Positions 9,658-18,601 of a stretch of DNA of 48,589 nucleotides are shown here, one piece after another (the stretch's first letter is position 1; each line of letters opens with the position of its first letter). The notes beneath the pieces were generated by a model. It was not told where the DNA came from. It saw only the letters and a program-made list of their open reading frames with translations, and searched no databases. A program made the translations under genes and the position numbers. The DNA comes from a virus (lineage: Duplodnaviria; Caudoviricetes), in the IMG/VR virus record IMGVR_UViG_3300023179_000164, positions 1 through 48,589 of that record, one strand, 5' to 3'.

Positions 9658-9684
9658 ATTTTGTAAACTAATACCATATTGACG

Positions 9685-9906
9685 ATGATGTTAACACACT
9701 TACGAGAAAGAAAAATTGGCTACTGGCAGCATTTTTATTATGCTGCAAACATGGGTTTTAAATTTCTTATAGCCAGTATAAGTAGTTTTATACACGCCGT
9801 ATTCCCTGATTTATTTCCATTCACGGCACAGCAGATAGCAGCAGAAGTTGTACAAGGTGAGCAGCAATTTAACTCTAAAGGAGATGGCACAAATGGACAT
9901 GATTAA
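9685..9906 (+). CDS. Small membrane-associated protein (DUF6356-like)
   Basis: HLRE...YWQHF.YA...IHAVFPDLF..TA pattern. Confidence 0.6.
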   Translation: MMLTHLRERKIGYWQHFYYAANMGFKFLIASISSFIHAVFPDLFPFTAQQIAAEVVQGEQQFNSKGDGTNGHD

Positions 9907-10033
9907 GATTCAGCAAAAGCGTCAGGAAGATTTGGAACATTACGAAGAATTGATTGAACGAGAAGTCAGCGCATTTCAGGTGGCCATTGCAGTGGTTTGT
10001 TTGTTTGTTGCCCTGGGACTGCTTTTTTCCTGA
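9893..10033 (+). CDS. Small protein with C-terminal transmembrane helix
   Basis: AAGGAG upstream; hydrophobic VAIAVVCLFVALGLLF tail. Confidence 0.5.
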   Translation: MDMIKIQQKRQEDLEHYEELIEREVSAFQVAIAVVCLFVALGLLFS

Positions 10034-10044
10034 CGATATTGCAA

Positions 10045-10572
10045 ATGCTCGATCTGGATAAAATCGTTGGTCGATTAAAAAATCTCGGAAAACACGGAAA
10101 TATCAGTCAGTCCGAGTGTGATACTGATGGTCATCTGGATTGGTTTGATGGTGAACTATCGGATGTTCGTAAATACCGATATGCTAATCCTGAGTCTAGG
10201 AAAAATAATCTGGAGTGGGATCTGTTGTCGACTGATTGGGTTCTGGCCAAAGTCCGCACACGTCAGGATTATGCACAAAACGTCTATGCTGCCTTGTGCA
10301 ATACCAAGTGGCAGAAGTTGGAGATCCTGGAGATATTGAAAGATCAGACCTGGAGTTGCAGCTGGCGCCATGCTGGTGGCATAGTGTCTGACATGAGACA
10401 GGAAGGTGATTACATGGACTGGTATTGTTCAGGCATGGGCGGCATAGCAGACTATGATGCTGAAGCAGCGGAGAAATTCATGAAGCAACACAAATTTGTT
10501 CCTGAGGGCGCAGTCACTGATGAAATTGCTACCGACTTTCGTCAACTGGGTTGGGCGTTGAAGAAAACATAG
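10045..10572 (+). CDS. Conserved phage hypothetical protein
   Basis: YAQNVYAALCN..W...WSCSWRHAGGIVSDMRQEGDYMDWYCSG, a motif recalled from large phages. Confidence 0.65.
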   Translation: MLDLDKIVGRLKNLGKHGNISQSECDTDGHLDWFDGELSDVRKYRYANPESRKNNLEWDLLSTDWVLAKVRTRQDYAQNVYAALCNTKWQKLEILEILKDQTWSCSWRHAGGIVSDMRQEGDYMDWYCSGMGGIADYDAEAAEKFMKQHKFVPEGAVTDEIATDFRQLGWALKKT

Positions 10573-10591
10573 ATGGCAGAATAAATTCTGG

Positions 10592-10620
10592 TTGACTTTT
10601 TGGTGCACAGGTCGTATAAT
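10592..10620 (+). promoter_or_regulatory. Sigma70-type early promoter
   Basis: TTGACT-17 bp-TATAAT, followed by AGGAG RBS. Confidence 0.8.
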
Positions 10621-10654
10621 AGCTACATAACGTAACAACACAGGAGCAGCGACC

Positions 10655-11044
10655 ATGGCATACTTTAGTCAAGAACGCAAGGCCCAAATCGCCCCCCAGG
10701 TCAAGGCCATTCTCAAGAAGCACGGTCTCAAAGGCAGCATCAGTGTGCGCAATCACAGCACTGTGACACTGACCATCAACAGCGGCAAGATCGACTTCAT
10801 CGGCAACAACCAGGAGACCATGGGCCGCACCTGGGCTCAACGGCCCACCAACCTGGACGTCAATGTCTACCACTATCACAATCACTATGCGGGCGAGGCT
10901 CGTGAGGCCCTGAGTGAATTGATTGCTGCATTGAACGACGGCAACTGGGACAACAGTGACATCCAAACCGATTACTTTGACAAGGGCTGGTACGTGGATG
11001 TCAACATTGGCCGCTGGAACCGTGGTTATATTGTGACTGCTTAA
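10655..11044 (+). CDS. Early phage hypothetical protein
   Basis: Strong promoter and RBS; C-ending codon bias; DNSDIQTDYFDKGWY motif. Confidence 0.75.
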   Translation: MAYFSQERKAQIAPQVKAILKKHGLKGSISVRNHSTVTLTINSGKIDFIGNNQETMGRTWAQRPTNLDVNVYHYHNHYAGEAREALSELIAALNDGNWDNSDIQTDYFDKGWYVDVNIGRWNRGYIVTA

Positions 11045-11055
11045 GGAGACGTTGT

Positions 11056-11199
11056 ATGTCAGATCATTCTGATGCCGCAGCAGAAATTGCCTGTCAGGAA
11101 CAACAACACCAGGAATGGCTGGATAGTGATGCCTGGGTAGATGATGTAAATAGTTGGTTACGTGAGTTGAGCAACCAAATATCATTTGAGGAGGCATAA
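11056..11199 (+). CDS. Small acidic protein (47 aa)
   Basis: TAAGGAG RBS; MSDHSDAAAEIACQEQQ...FEEA; TAATG overlap with the next ORF. Confidence 0.55.
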   Translation: MSDHSDAAAEIACQEQQHQEWLDSDAWVDDVNSWLRELSNQISFEEA

Positions 11200-11366
11200 T
11201 GGAATCTGACTACGCCAATGGTATCCTGCAACAAATGGCTCGCGAACGTAGCGTGACTATCTATCAGGTTATTCAGGAGTATCTGGAGTACCAGGTCAAC
11301 GGGCAGGTCAAACATTTTTGGCCGGATGAAAACGAGGCTTGTCGTTTTTTTATGGAGAACAACTGA
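11199..11366 (+). CDS. Small hypothetical protein (55 aa)
   Basis: GAGGAG RBS; MESDYANGILQQMARE...MENN; TGATG overlap with the next ORF. Confidence 0.55.
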   Translation: MESDYANGILQQMARERSVTIYQVIQEYLEYQVNGQVKHFWPDENEACRFFMENN

Positions 11367-11434
11367 TGAGTCTGATTGGGTTAATTGTGTTGCTGCTGGT
11401 TCTGGGTATCCTTATTGGAAGGTATATTCGATGA
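11366..11434 (+). CDS. 22-aa membrane peptide
   Basis: GGAG RBS; MSLIGLIVLLLVLGILIGRYIR; ATGA overlap with the next ORF. Confidence 0.45.
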   Translation: MSLIGLIVLLLVLGILIGRYIR

Positions 11435-11691
11435 ATGTGTCAGGTTTTGTTGGGTTGTTGGGGGTTGGTGCAGAGGCAGGTAAGACTGATCTCTTTTCTG
11501 ATGAACGTAAATTGTATATTCGAGCAGTGTTTGACGGACGGTTGGAACCAAGCCACATCACTGAGGATGAAATGGCTGCGTTGCATCATGCGCTGACTGA
11601 TTGGGCCATGGGGAACATCATGGATGAGTTGGCTGATCGAACAGACATCACAGTGTTCAATCATGACTGGGAATTTGATAACCCCAATTGA
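11431..11691 (+). CDS. Hypothetical protein
   Basis: Start re-chosen at ATGA overlap (MNVSGFVGLLG...). Confidence 0.55.
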   Translation: MNVSGFVGLLGVGAEAGKTDLFSDERKLYIRAVFDGRLEPSHITEDEMAALHHALTDWAMGNIMDELADRTDITVFNHDWEFDNPN

Positions 11692-11704
11692 CGTCTGATT
11701 TTGG

Positions 11705-11733
11705 TTGACAAACTCTTGTCAAGGTCGTATAAT
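11705..11733 (+). promoter_or_regulatory. Sigma70 consensus early promoter
   Basis: TTGACA-17 bp-TATAAT. Confidence 0.85.
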
Positions 11734-11766
11734 GGCCATACAGTGAACAACCAGGAGCAACATCAA

Positions 11767-12162
11767 ATGACCTACACTTTCGACGAAGACACCGTCAGCG
11801 ACCTGCACAAGGATGCCTATGGCTTCCGACCCCGAGCTAACTTCTGGAGTGCCTGGGCTGCATTCAACGGCGACCAGAAGCAGGCCCTGTGGGACAGCAT
11901 GTGCGAGACCTTGGAGCGCAACTGCGAGCTGGAGCGTGAATCGCAAAAGGCAGCCGAGCATGACTTCCAATGCCGTATCGCCGGCCTCCAGCACCTGGGT
12001 GCCAGGGATTTTGAAATGGCCTTGCGTTGGCTGCACGACACTTATGACAGTCGGGGTGACGACGAATACCTGGAGTTCCGACTGGGTCTGCGTTTTGGCT
12101 ACATTCAGGAAGCCAGGGCATCGGCTGCAATTGCCGATCAACTGCTGGCCGCAGCGGCCTAA
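11767..12162 (+). CDS. Early phage hypothetical protein
   Basis: AGGAG RBS; MTYTFDEDTVSDLHKDAYGFRPR motif recalled from T4-like phages; GC-rich codons. Confidence 0.75.
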   Translation: MTYTFDEDTVSDLHKDAYGFRPRANFWSAWAAFNGDQKQALWDSMCETLERNCELERESQKAAEHDFQCRIAGLQHLGARDFEMALRWLHDTYDSRGDDEYLEFRLGLRFGYIQEARASAAIADQLLAAAA

Positions 12163-12182
12163 CCCTGCCACAATAGGAGTCC

Positions 12183-12524
12183 ATGATGGCTGTACACAGT
12201 CTGGAAATCATTGCAAATCGTGCCTATGACCCTCAAGGTCGGGTGGCAGTACTGTTGTCCCATGGTCATGGTGCTGGCTGGTATACCTGGCATCAGGTAG
12301 AGCAACTGGTGTATGATCCTCAGGTTGTACACATGGTTCTGAATAAAGCATCAGCTGATGACATCGTATCTTACTGTGATAAAACCTACGGAGAAGACTA
12401 TTACGACGGGGCCGATGGTCTAACCATACATTGGGTGCCGCGCGGTACCCGATTCCAAATCGACGAATATGATGGCTCAGAAACTCTGCGTCTGGAATCA
12501 GATCAACACTGGCTGGTGGCCTGA
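12183..12524 (+). CDS. Conserved phage hypothetical protein
   Basis: AGGAG RBS; VAVLLSHGHGAGWYTW and WVPRGTRFQIDEYDGSE motifs. Confidence 0.7.
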   Translation: MMAVHSLEIIANRAYDPQGRVAVLLSHGHGAGWYTWHQVEQLVYDPQVVHMVLNKASADDIVSYCDKTYGEDYYDGADGLTIHWVPRGTRFQIDEYDGSETLRLESDQHWLVA

Positions 12525-12534
12525 TACCGGTTGA
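12502..12534 (+). repeat. 33-bp direct repeat, copy 1
   Basis: ATCAACACTGGCTGGTGGCCTGATACCGGTTGA, identical to 14846-14878. Confidence 0.95.
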
Positions 12535-12705
12535 TATTCTACCATAGACATTTTAAAAATCACACAGTTTATTATTCCACAGTTTTGTATCGGCGATCAC
12601 AATGTTCCAATATTCATAAAAATTAGATGGTGGGCACATGGCTTACTTAAAAAAGTAGTACGCCTTTAATCTACGTGCACTTTGATTTGCTGCCTGTACG
12701 GCAAT

Positions 12706-12713
12706 TATAAATA
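12706..12713 (+). promoter_or_regulatory. T4-type late promoter
   Basis: TATAAATA upstream of the radical SAM gene. Confidence 0.6.
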
Positions 12714-12733
12714 ATAAAAATTATCTATTAAAA

Positions 12734-14248
12734 ATGAGCATTTATATGCTAGACATTGTTTTTTGTTCAATACCCTACAGTAACTTGGACCACGTGTATA
12801 GTGCTCCTGCTGTGCTCAAAGGTATAGTTCAAAGTCAGGGGTTCAAAGCCAAAACGAAAGATTTCGGAATAGAGTTGCTTGAACTTTGTGACAGAAATTA
12901 TGAAAAATTCGTTGAAACCCAAACTTATTTCATCAGTCCTGGTGATCCAGCGTCGGCTGAACAGGCTAAAACATTAGAAAAATTTTACAACATAGTCTGT
13001 GACTTTGTGGAATCCAACCCAGCACGAATCTATAGCTTTAGTATTCTTAGCGTTTACACTCACAAGTCTGCTTTTGAGATTCTCAAAAGACTAAAACAAC
13101 AGTTTCCCAAGCAATCCATACTTGTGGGCGGTCGCGGTGCCAAAGTAACTGCCTATCAAACCATTGCTTATGATTTACAAATCAAAGGCAGGGAAAGATT
13201 TTTATCCTACGGTGAACTGTTAAAACACCGAGGAATAGTTGACCATGTCATACTGGGCGATGGCGAAGATGCAGTGGTAGAATTGTTGTCTGGCAAGCAA
13301 ATATCTGAGCAAAGTCATCAGAGTGAGACCCTAGAATACCCATTACCGGACTATTCTGACTATGACTTTTCCAAATATCTAAACTGGCAAAACATCAGCA
13401 TGCCAATAACTGGCAGCAAAGGGTGTGTTCGAGAATGTGATTTTTGCGATATTAAATTTCAATTTGGTCGTTTCCGCTATCGTAGCGGGACCAACATTGC
13501 AAACGAAATGATCTATGTCAGTGAAACACATGGGTTCAAAAAGTTTCAGTTTACAGACAGTTTGATCAATGGTGGACTCAAGCCCTTGGAGGAGTTTTGC
13601 ACCAAGCTGGCGGATTACAACAAAACGCACCCAGACAATCAAATAACCTGGAACGCACAGTACATTTGTCGCCCCAAAGAACAAATGCCCGAACGTTTGT
13701 ATGCCTTGATGTCAGCAAGTGGGGCACACGGGTTAACCATTGGCGCCGAGAGTGGTAGTGATGCTGTATTAGAGGCCATGGACAAAAAGACCACAATGGA
13801 TGCGTTGCTTCACGAACTGGAAATGTTTAGAAAGCACAACATAACTTGTGTTCTTTTGACCATGGTGGGTCACTGGGCTGAAACTCATGCAGAATTTATT
13901 GAACACTGCAAAATGTTCTTTAAAATTTTGCCCTATGTAAGAAGTGGAACAATTTCGGCAGTAAGCGCAGGCATGCCCATGGTTATGCTACACGGAACAC
14001 CTAGCCAGATTAATGCAAGTAAAAATGGAGTTGTTGCATCCGATTTTGATCAAGAAGTGATTTGGTATGTGCCTGCAAATTCTACAAATACCTACCGAGA
14101 AAGAGTTATTCGAAGGCTAGCAGTTACCAAAATTTGCGACGAGCTCAACATTCCCACAATCTCTGATTTGGAATTTTTGCTACCTATCAAAAATTATCTA
14201 GACAAACATTACAACAAAATTAATCAATTCTATGCCAATTTTGTTTGA
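12734..14248 (+). CDS. B12-binding-domain-like radical SAM protein
   Basis: SAPAVLKG, ILVGG, GDGED, PLPDYSDY, SKGCVRECDFC, IGAESGSDAVLEAMDK. Confidence 0.88.
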   Translation: MSIYMLDIVFCSIPYSNLDHVYSAPAVLKGIVQSQGFKAKTKDFGIELLELCDRNYEKFVETQTYFISPGDPASAEQAKTLEKFYNIVCDFVESNPARIYSFSILSVYTHKSAFEILKRLKQQFPKQSILVGGRGAKVTAYQTIAYDLQIKGRERFLSYGELLKHRGIVDHVILGDGEDAVVELLSGKQISEQSHQSETLEYPLPDYSDYDFSKYLNWQNISMPITGSKGCVRECDFCDIKFQFGRFRYRSGTNIANEMIYVSETHGFKKFQFTDSLINGGLKPLEEFCTKLADYNKTHPDNQITWNAQYICRPKEQMPERLYALMSASGAHGLTIGAESGSDAVLEAMDKKTTMDALLHELEMFRKHNITCVLLTMVGHWAETHAEFIEHCKMFFKILPYVRSGTISAVSAGMPMVMLHGTPSQINASKNGVVASDFDQEVIWYVPANSTNTYRERVIRRLAVTKICDELNIPTISDLEFLLPIKNYLDKHYNKINQFYANFV

Positions 14249-14831
14249 CAGTGCCACTGAGATCTATCTCAATCCTCGAGAGTTTGCGCAGCAAATTTCG
14301 CTCAGTAATTTCCTACATCTTACAGTTGGTCTCAGACCAAATTTCCATACAACCCCACCGTGTATTAATATAGCATTCAATGACAAAAAAGTTTTTTCCG
14401 GAGGTATTGAAAAAGAAATAGAACTAAACTTTGTCTTGGATATTGAGACCCGCAATAAGTTAACTATAGGTTTGTCAGGTAAATCCTCAAAGGACACTGT
14501 GATTGATGCGTCAGGTAATATCACAGCTGATAAGTACATTGAAGTTACTGACCTTCAGTTAGATAAATTTGATTTACTGAGAGACTACGATTTTTTTCGG
14601 CAACATACAAAATACTATAACCATGATAGTGCTTTGTATGAAGAGCCAAAACCGGGGTTCTGGAACAATGCCGATCTTGAAATCAATTGGCAAGATTCTT
14701 GGTTAATTTGGTATAATAGCAAGTCCACCAAAAACTCAGTAATGAGCACTGAGATGGAATTTCAAAACTCAAGTCATAAACACCAGCTTGTTCGAGATGT
14801 TTTTGCCAGTGCCCAAAAGCTCAAGAATTAG
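14232..14831 (+). CDS. Hypothetical protein, partner of the radical SAM gene
   Basis: Overlaps the radical SAM stop; LSGKSSKDTVID.SGNITADKYIEV motif. Confidence 0.65.
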   Translation: MPILFDSATEIYLNPREFAQQISLSNFLHLTVGLRPNFHTTPPCINIAFNDKKVFSGGIEKEIELNFVLDIETRNKLTIGLSGKSSKDTVIDASGNITADKYIEVTDLQLDKFDLLRDYDFFRQHTKYYNHDSALYEEPKPGFWNNADLEINWQDSWLIWYNSKSTKNSVMSTEMEFQNSSHKHQLVRDVFASAQKLKN

Positions 14832-14845
14832 TCGGACTCGACCCA

Positions 14846-14878
14846 ATCAACACTGGCTGGTGGCCTGATACCGGTTGA
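14846..14878 (+). repeat. 33-bp direct repeat, copy 2
   Basis: Identical to 12502-12534; its last 4 nt begin the TTGACA -35 box. Confidence 0.95.
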
Positions 14879-14903
14879 CAAATCCAGCAGCATCACATAT
14901 AAT
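14875..14903 (+). promoter_or_regulatory. Sigma70 consensus early promoter
   Basis: TTGACA-17 bp-TATAAT. Confidence 0.85.
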
Positions 14904-14950
14904 ACTGAAACTGCAGCACCGACCACAACAATCTTTCAGGAGCACAGCCC

Positions 14951-15799
14951 ATGAAGACCACCACCCGTAAGAACTCGGTTGTCCCGTTCACCGCCAAGTC
15001 GCAGATCACTGCCGCAGTTGAAACCGACGAGCAGGTCATGCAGCGTATCGCTGAACGTTTCGAAATTCTGGATGACATGACCAAGGCTGCCACCAATGGT
15101 GAGATTCGTGCCATGATCGTTTCAGGCCCCCCGGGCGTGGGCAAGAGCTTTGGCGTTGAACGTATCATTGACAAGGCAGTGTTATTTGATCAGGTGGCTG
15201 GCAAGCGCCTGCGCGCCGAAGTGGTCAAGGGCGCTGCCACTGCACTGGGTCTCTACAGCACTCTGTACAAGTACAGTGATGCCAATTCGGTGGTGGTGTT
15301 TGATGACTGTGACAGCATCCTCATGGATGATGTGTGTCTGAACCTGCTAAAAGGTGCTCTGGACTCGGGCAAGAAGCGCCGCATCAGCTGGCTCAGTGAC
15401 AGCCACATGCTGCGTCGTGAAGGCGTGCCCAATCAGTTTGATTTCAAGGGTTCGGTTATCTTCATCACCAATCTCAAGTTTGATCAGATCAAGAATGCCA
15501 AGCTCAGGGATCACCTGGACGCCCTGCAGAGCCGTTGTCACTATCTGGATCTGACTCTGGACACCACTCGCGACAAGTTGTTGCGTATTCGCCAGATTGC
15601 TCGCACTGGTGAACTTTTTGAAGATCAGGATCTGAGTGCAGTTGCTCAGGACGAAGTCATCAGTTTCATGGAAACCAATCAAGAACGTCTGCGTGAGATC
15701 AGCCTGCGCATGGCTGTCAAGATTGCACAGCTCTACAAGAGCTTTCCTGCCAAGTGGCAGGCCCTGGCCAGCAGCACTTGCATGAAGATGGCAGCATAA
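14951..15799 (+). CDS. AAA+ ATPase
   Basis: Walker A GPPGVGKS, Walker B VVVFDDCD, IFITN sensor, ALQSRC Arg finger. Confidence 0.85.
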   Translation: MKTTTRKNSVVPFTAKSQITAAVETDEQVMQRIAERFEILDDMTKAATNGEIRAMIVSGPPGVGKSFGVERIIDKAVLFDQVAGKRLRAEVVKGAATALGLYSTLYKYSDANSVVVFDDCDSILMDDVCLNLLKGALDSGKKRRISWLSDSHMLRREGVPNQFDFKGSVIFITNLKFDQIKNAKLRDHLDALQSRCHYLDLTLDTTRDKLLRIRQIARTGELFEDQDLSAVAQDEVISFMETNQERLREISLRMAVKIAQLYKSFPAKWQALASSTCMKMAA

Positions 15800-15885
15800 T
15801 GCAAGTTTTGGTCAACCATGTGGCATACTTTGGGTTGGGTGTAGTGTTGGGCACACTCATGCATTTTTTGGTAAGGTTTTTGTAG
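15799..15885 (+). CDS. 28-aa hydrophobic peptide
   Basis: TAATG overlap; MQVLVNHVAYFGLGVVLGTLMHFLVRFL. Confidence 0.4.
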   Translation: MQVLVNHVAYFGLGVVLGTLMHFLVRFL

Positions 15886-15937
15886 CACTCGTTGTTGGTG
15901 TTTGTTTGTAGTAAATCTCCCGTTAGTAGCAAATTGG

Positions 15938-15969
15938 TCCAGAGTGTTATTAACACTCTGGATTTTTTT
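15938..15969 (+). terminator. Rho-independent terminator
   Basis: TCCAGAGTGTT/AACACTCTGGA stem followed by a T run. Confidence 0.85.
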
Positions 15970-15981
15970 ATGTAATACGGG

Positions 15982-16010
15982 TTGCACAAATATTTTCCCC
16001 GCTGTATAAT
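15982..16010 (+). promoter_or_regulatory. Sigma70-type promoter
   Basis: TTGCAC-17 bp-TATAAT, 6 nt before ATG 16017. Confidence 0.6.
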
Positions 16011-16016
16011 AATTGA

Positions 16017-17144
16017 ATGCAGACATTTCCCTACGTTGAAGATTATCTGGGATTACTGTCCGATGACGATTGGGCCTGGCTGGCCACGGCAATTACACCA
16101 ACCACCAACCGCGTGACCATCAAGTTGGCCAGGTATGATGTACAGATTGTCAACAACATGAGCTGGCAGGTCTTGAGTGGCATATCACTGACAGATCGCC
16201 AGGCTGATCTGGCGGTCAAGCTCATACTCAAATATCGTCGGCAATTTGCCAAATTTAATATAGATGTTGCTCCGGTTGAAACACCCAGTTTTAGGCTGCC
16301 GGTCAGAACCATTGACCGAACCAAAATGATCTATCTGGAAGACGGCATCGTTAAAATCAGGTTTCCCTACGATGTGCAGATGGTTTCAGATCTGCGCAAG
16401 TTCAAAGAAACAAGTCAGGGCCGAATGGAGTGGCATCACGATTTAAAAGTCTGGCACTGTGCTGTCACTGAGTGGAATATCAATTGGTTGGTGGTCTGGG
16501 CATTACCCCGGGGGTTTGATGTTGGTCCAGAGGTTCTGACCCTGTTTGATCAGATCCTGCAGGCAGAAAAACAACCCTATGGCATTCAATTGGTGCGAAC
16601 AGGTGATACTTATCAGGTCACCCATGCTGCTGATACTCTACAGGCCTATATTGATCAGCATCTGGGCAATGATTTAATAAAATTGGTGGATCATGCTGGG
16701 GTCTTGGGTTACACAGTATCAGCTGATATCCTGGAATACTGCCAGCAGCATTACGGTCCGGCATTGGAACACATAGGTACCCGACACATCACATATCTAT
16801 CGCCGGATTCCGACATGATGTCATGGTTATTCGAATATGCCCGACTGACTGATCGATACCCCATTTGCATTTATGATCCCAAATTGTTTGATTTAGACCT
16901 CAGTGGATTTTCGTCAGAAGAAATACTGATGTTTGATCAGAATGGCCGACCCGATCGTTTGCACTATGACATCAATGATGTTAAAATAGTCTATGCTAGA
17001 AAAATTCCTGACAATTGGCAGCATCGCATACCCCTGCTGGCCAGCACCGTGGAGATGATGTATGGCGGCCGCAAATTGGATTGGATTAGTCGCGCAGAAA
17101 AAATTGTCTACTTTAGTGATGGTAAATTGAGAGCGACACATTAA
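16017..17144 (+). CDS. Hypothetical protein coupled to the UvsW-like helicase
   Basis: 375 aa; IRFPYD...W....KVW segment resembles a HARP-like domain; TAATG overlap with the helicase. Confidence 0.65.
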   Translation: MQTFPYVEDYLGLLSDDDWAWLATAITPTTNRVTIKLARYDVQIVNNMSWQVLSGISLTDRQADLAVKLILKYRRQFAKFNIDVAPVETPSFRLPVRTIDRTKMIYLEDGIVKIRFPYDVQMVSDLRKFKETSQGRMEWHHDLKVWHCAVTEWNINWLVVWALPRGFDVGPEVLTLFDQILQAEKQPYGIQLVRTGDTYQVTHAADTLQAYIDQHLGNDLIKLVDHAGVLGYTVSADILEYCQQHYGPALEHIGTRHITYLSPDSDMMSWLFEYARLTDRYPICIYDPKLFDLDLSGFSSEEILMFDQNGRPDRLHYDINDVKIVYARKIPDNWQHRIPLLASTVEMMYGGRKLDWISRAEKIVYFSDGKLRATH

Positions 17145-18601
17145 TGGCCATAGCCAGACTGATTATCCGAGATGAAGTCAACATCAAGATCGAAGGTCTT
17201 GAATTGACTGAACGCAAGACTCTAAGCAATAAGTTCAAGTATGACATTCCTGGTGCCAGATACTTGCCTGCAGTCAGACTGGGGCGTTGGGATGGCAAGG
17301 TGGGATTTTTTCAATTGGGTGGCAGCACTTATATCAACCTGCTGCCGGAAATCTTGCCCTATCTGGAAGAGCGTGGATATGATATTGAAGTCCAGGATCT
17401 ACGCGACTATTCCACACAATTTGAATTCGCGCAGGTCACTGAGCAGAGTTATGCTGATCGTGCATGGCCAGAAAAACATCCAGCAGCTGGTCAGCCCATA
17501 CTGTTGCGAGATTATCAGGTGGAAATCATCAACAGATTCCTGGAAAATCCGCAATGCCTGCAGGAAGTGGCCACTGGTGCTGGTAAAACCATCATGACAG
17601 CAGTGTTGAGTCACAGTTGTGAGCCGCATGGTCGCACAGTGGTTATCGTGCCCAACAAGAGCCTGGTGACTCAGACTGAAGCAGACTATCGCAACATGGG
17701 CCTGGACGTGGGCGTCTACTTTGGTGATCGCAAGGAATTTGGGCATACACATACCATCTGTACCTGGCAGAGTCTGAACATCCTGCTCAAAGGGTCCAGA
17801 AATCATGAAGTGGACATCACTATCACAGAGTTCTTGCAGGATGTGGTGTGTGTGATAGTGGACGAGTGCCACATGGCCAAAGCCGATGCACTGAAGACTC
17901 TGCTGACAGGAGTCATGGCACACATACCCATCAGATGGGGCTTGACTGGTACCATTCCCAAGGAAGAATATGAGTTCATGAGCCTGCGGTGCAGTCTGGG
18001 CGAAGTCATAGGCAGACTCAGCGCCAGTGAACTGCAAGATCAGGGCGTGCTGGCCAACTGCCATGTCAACATATTACAATTGGTGGATCATGTGGAATAC
18101 CGAGACTATCAGTCCGAGCTTAAATACTTGTTGGAGACCGACGGTCGAATGGAGTACATTGCCAGACTGGTGGAGTCTCTGCGCAAGACGGGCAATACCC
18201 TGGTCTTGGTGGACAGAATTGCACCAGGGCAATTGTTGGTGGAGAAGATAAAGGATGCAGTATTTGTTTCGGGCAGCACAAAGTCGGATGACAGAAAAGA
18301 GCAGTATGAAGAAGTCGCAGTCAGTGATGACAAAGTTATTGTGGCCACTTATGGTGTGGCTGCTGTTGGCATTAATATTCCTCGCATATTCAACCTTGTA
18401 CTTGTTGAGCCTGGCAAGAGCTTTGTCAGGGTCATCCAAAGCATCGGTCGCGGCATTCGCAAGGCGGAAGACAAGGACTTTGTCCAGATCTGGGATGTGA
18501 CCAGTACCTGTAAGTTTGCCAAACGGCATTTAACCAAACGTAAACAATTCTATCGGGATGCCAATTATCCTTATGCTCAGGAACGAGTAGAATGGCAATA
18601 A
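17144..18601 (+). CDS. uvsW: SF2 DNA helicase, UvsW-like
   Basis: LRDYQ Q-motif, ATGAGKT, DECH, GLTGT, AVGINIP, QSIGRGIR; GRWDGK N-terminal motif. Confidence 0.88.
   Translation: MAIARLIIRDEVNIKIEGLELTERKTLSNKFKYDIPGARYLPAVRLGRWDGKVGFFQLGGSTYINLLPEILPYLEERGYDIEVQDLRDYSTQFEFAQVTEQSYADRAWPEKHPAAGQPILLRDYQVEIINRFLENPQCLQEVATGAGKTIMTAVLSHSCEPHGRTVVIVPNKSLVTQTEADYRNMGLDVGVYFGDRKEFGHTHTICTWQSLNILLKGSRNHEVDITITEFLQDVVCVIVDECHMAKADALKTLLTGVMAHIPIRWGLTGTIPKEEYEFMSLRCSLGEVIGRLSASELQDQGVLANCHVNILQLVDHVEYRDYQSELKYLLETDGRMEYIARLVESLRKTGNTLVLVDRIAPGQLLVEKIKDAVFVSGSTKSDDRKEQYEEVAVSDDKVIVATYGVAAVGINIPRIFNLVLVEPGKSFVRVIQSIGRGIRKAEDKDFVQIWDVTSTCKFAKRHLTKRKQFYRDANYPYAQERVEWQ

Noticed and set aside
10529-12229. 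Long antisense and alternative-frame ORFs (e.g. 10529-11197, 11719-12171, also 17399-18064)
   Set aside because: Shadow ORFs of GC-rich, codon-biased plus-strand genes; no RBS or recognisable motifs
12535-12705. RiPP precursor or ncRNA upstream of the cassette radical SAM
   Set aside because: Only a 28-codon minus-strand ORF (MCPPSNFYEYW...) without RBS and no convincing structure; insufficient support
14951-15799. Calling the AAA+ ATPase the gp44 clamp-loader large subunit
   Set aside because: Lacks recognisable RFC box motifs (e.g. KYRP, NASD); left as a generic AAA+ ATPase
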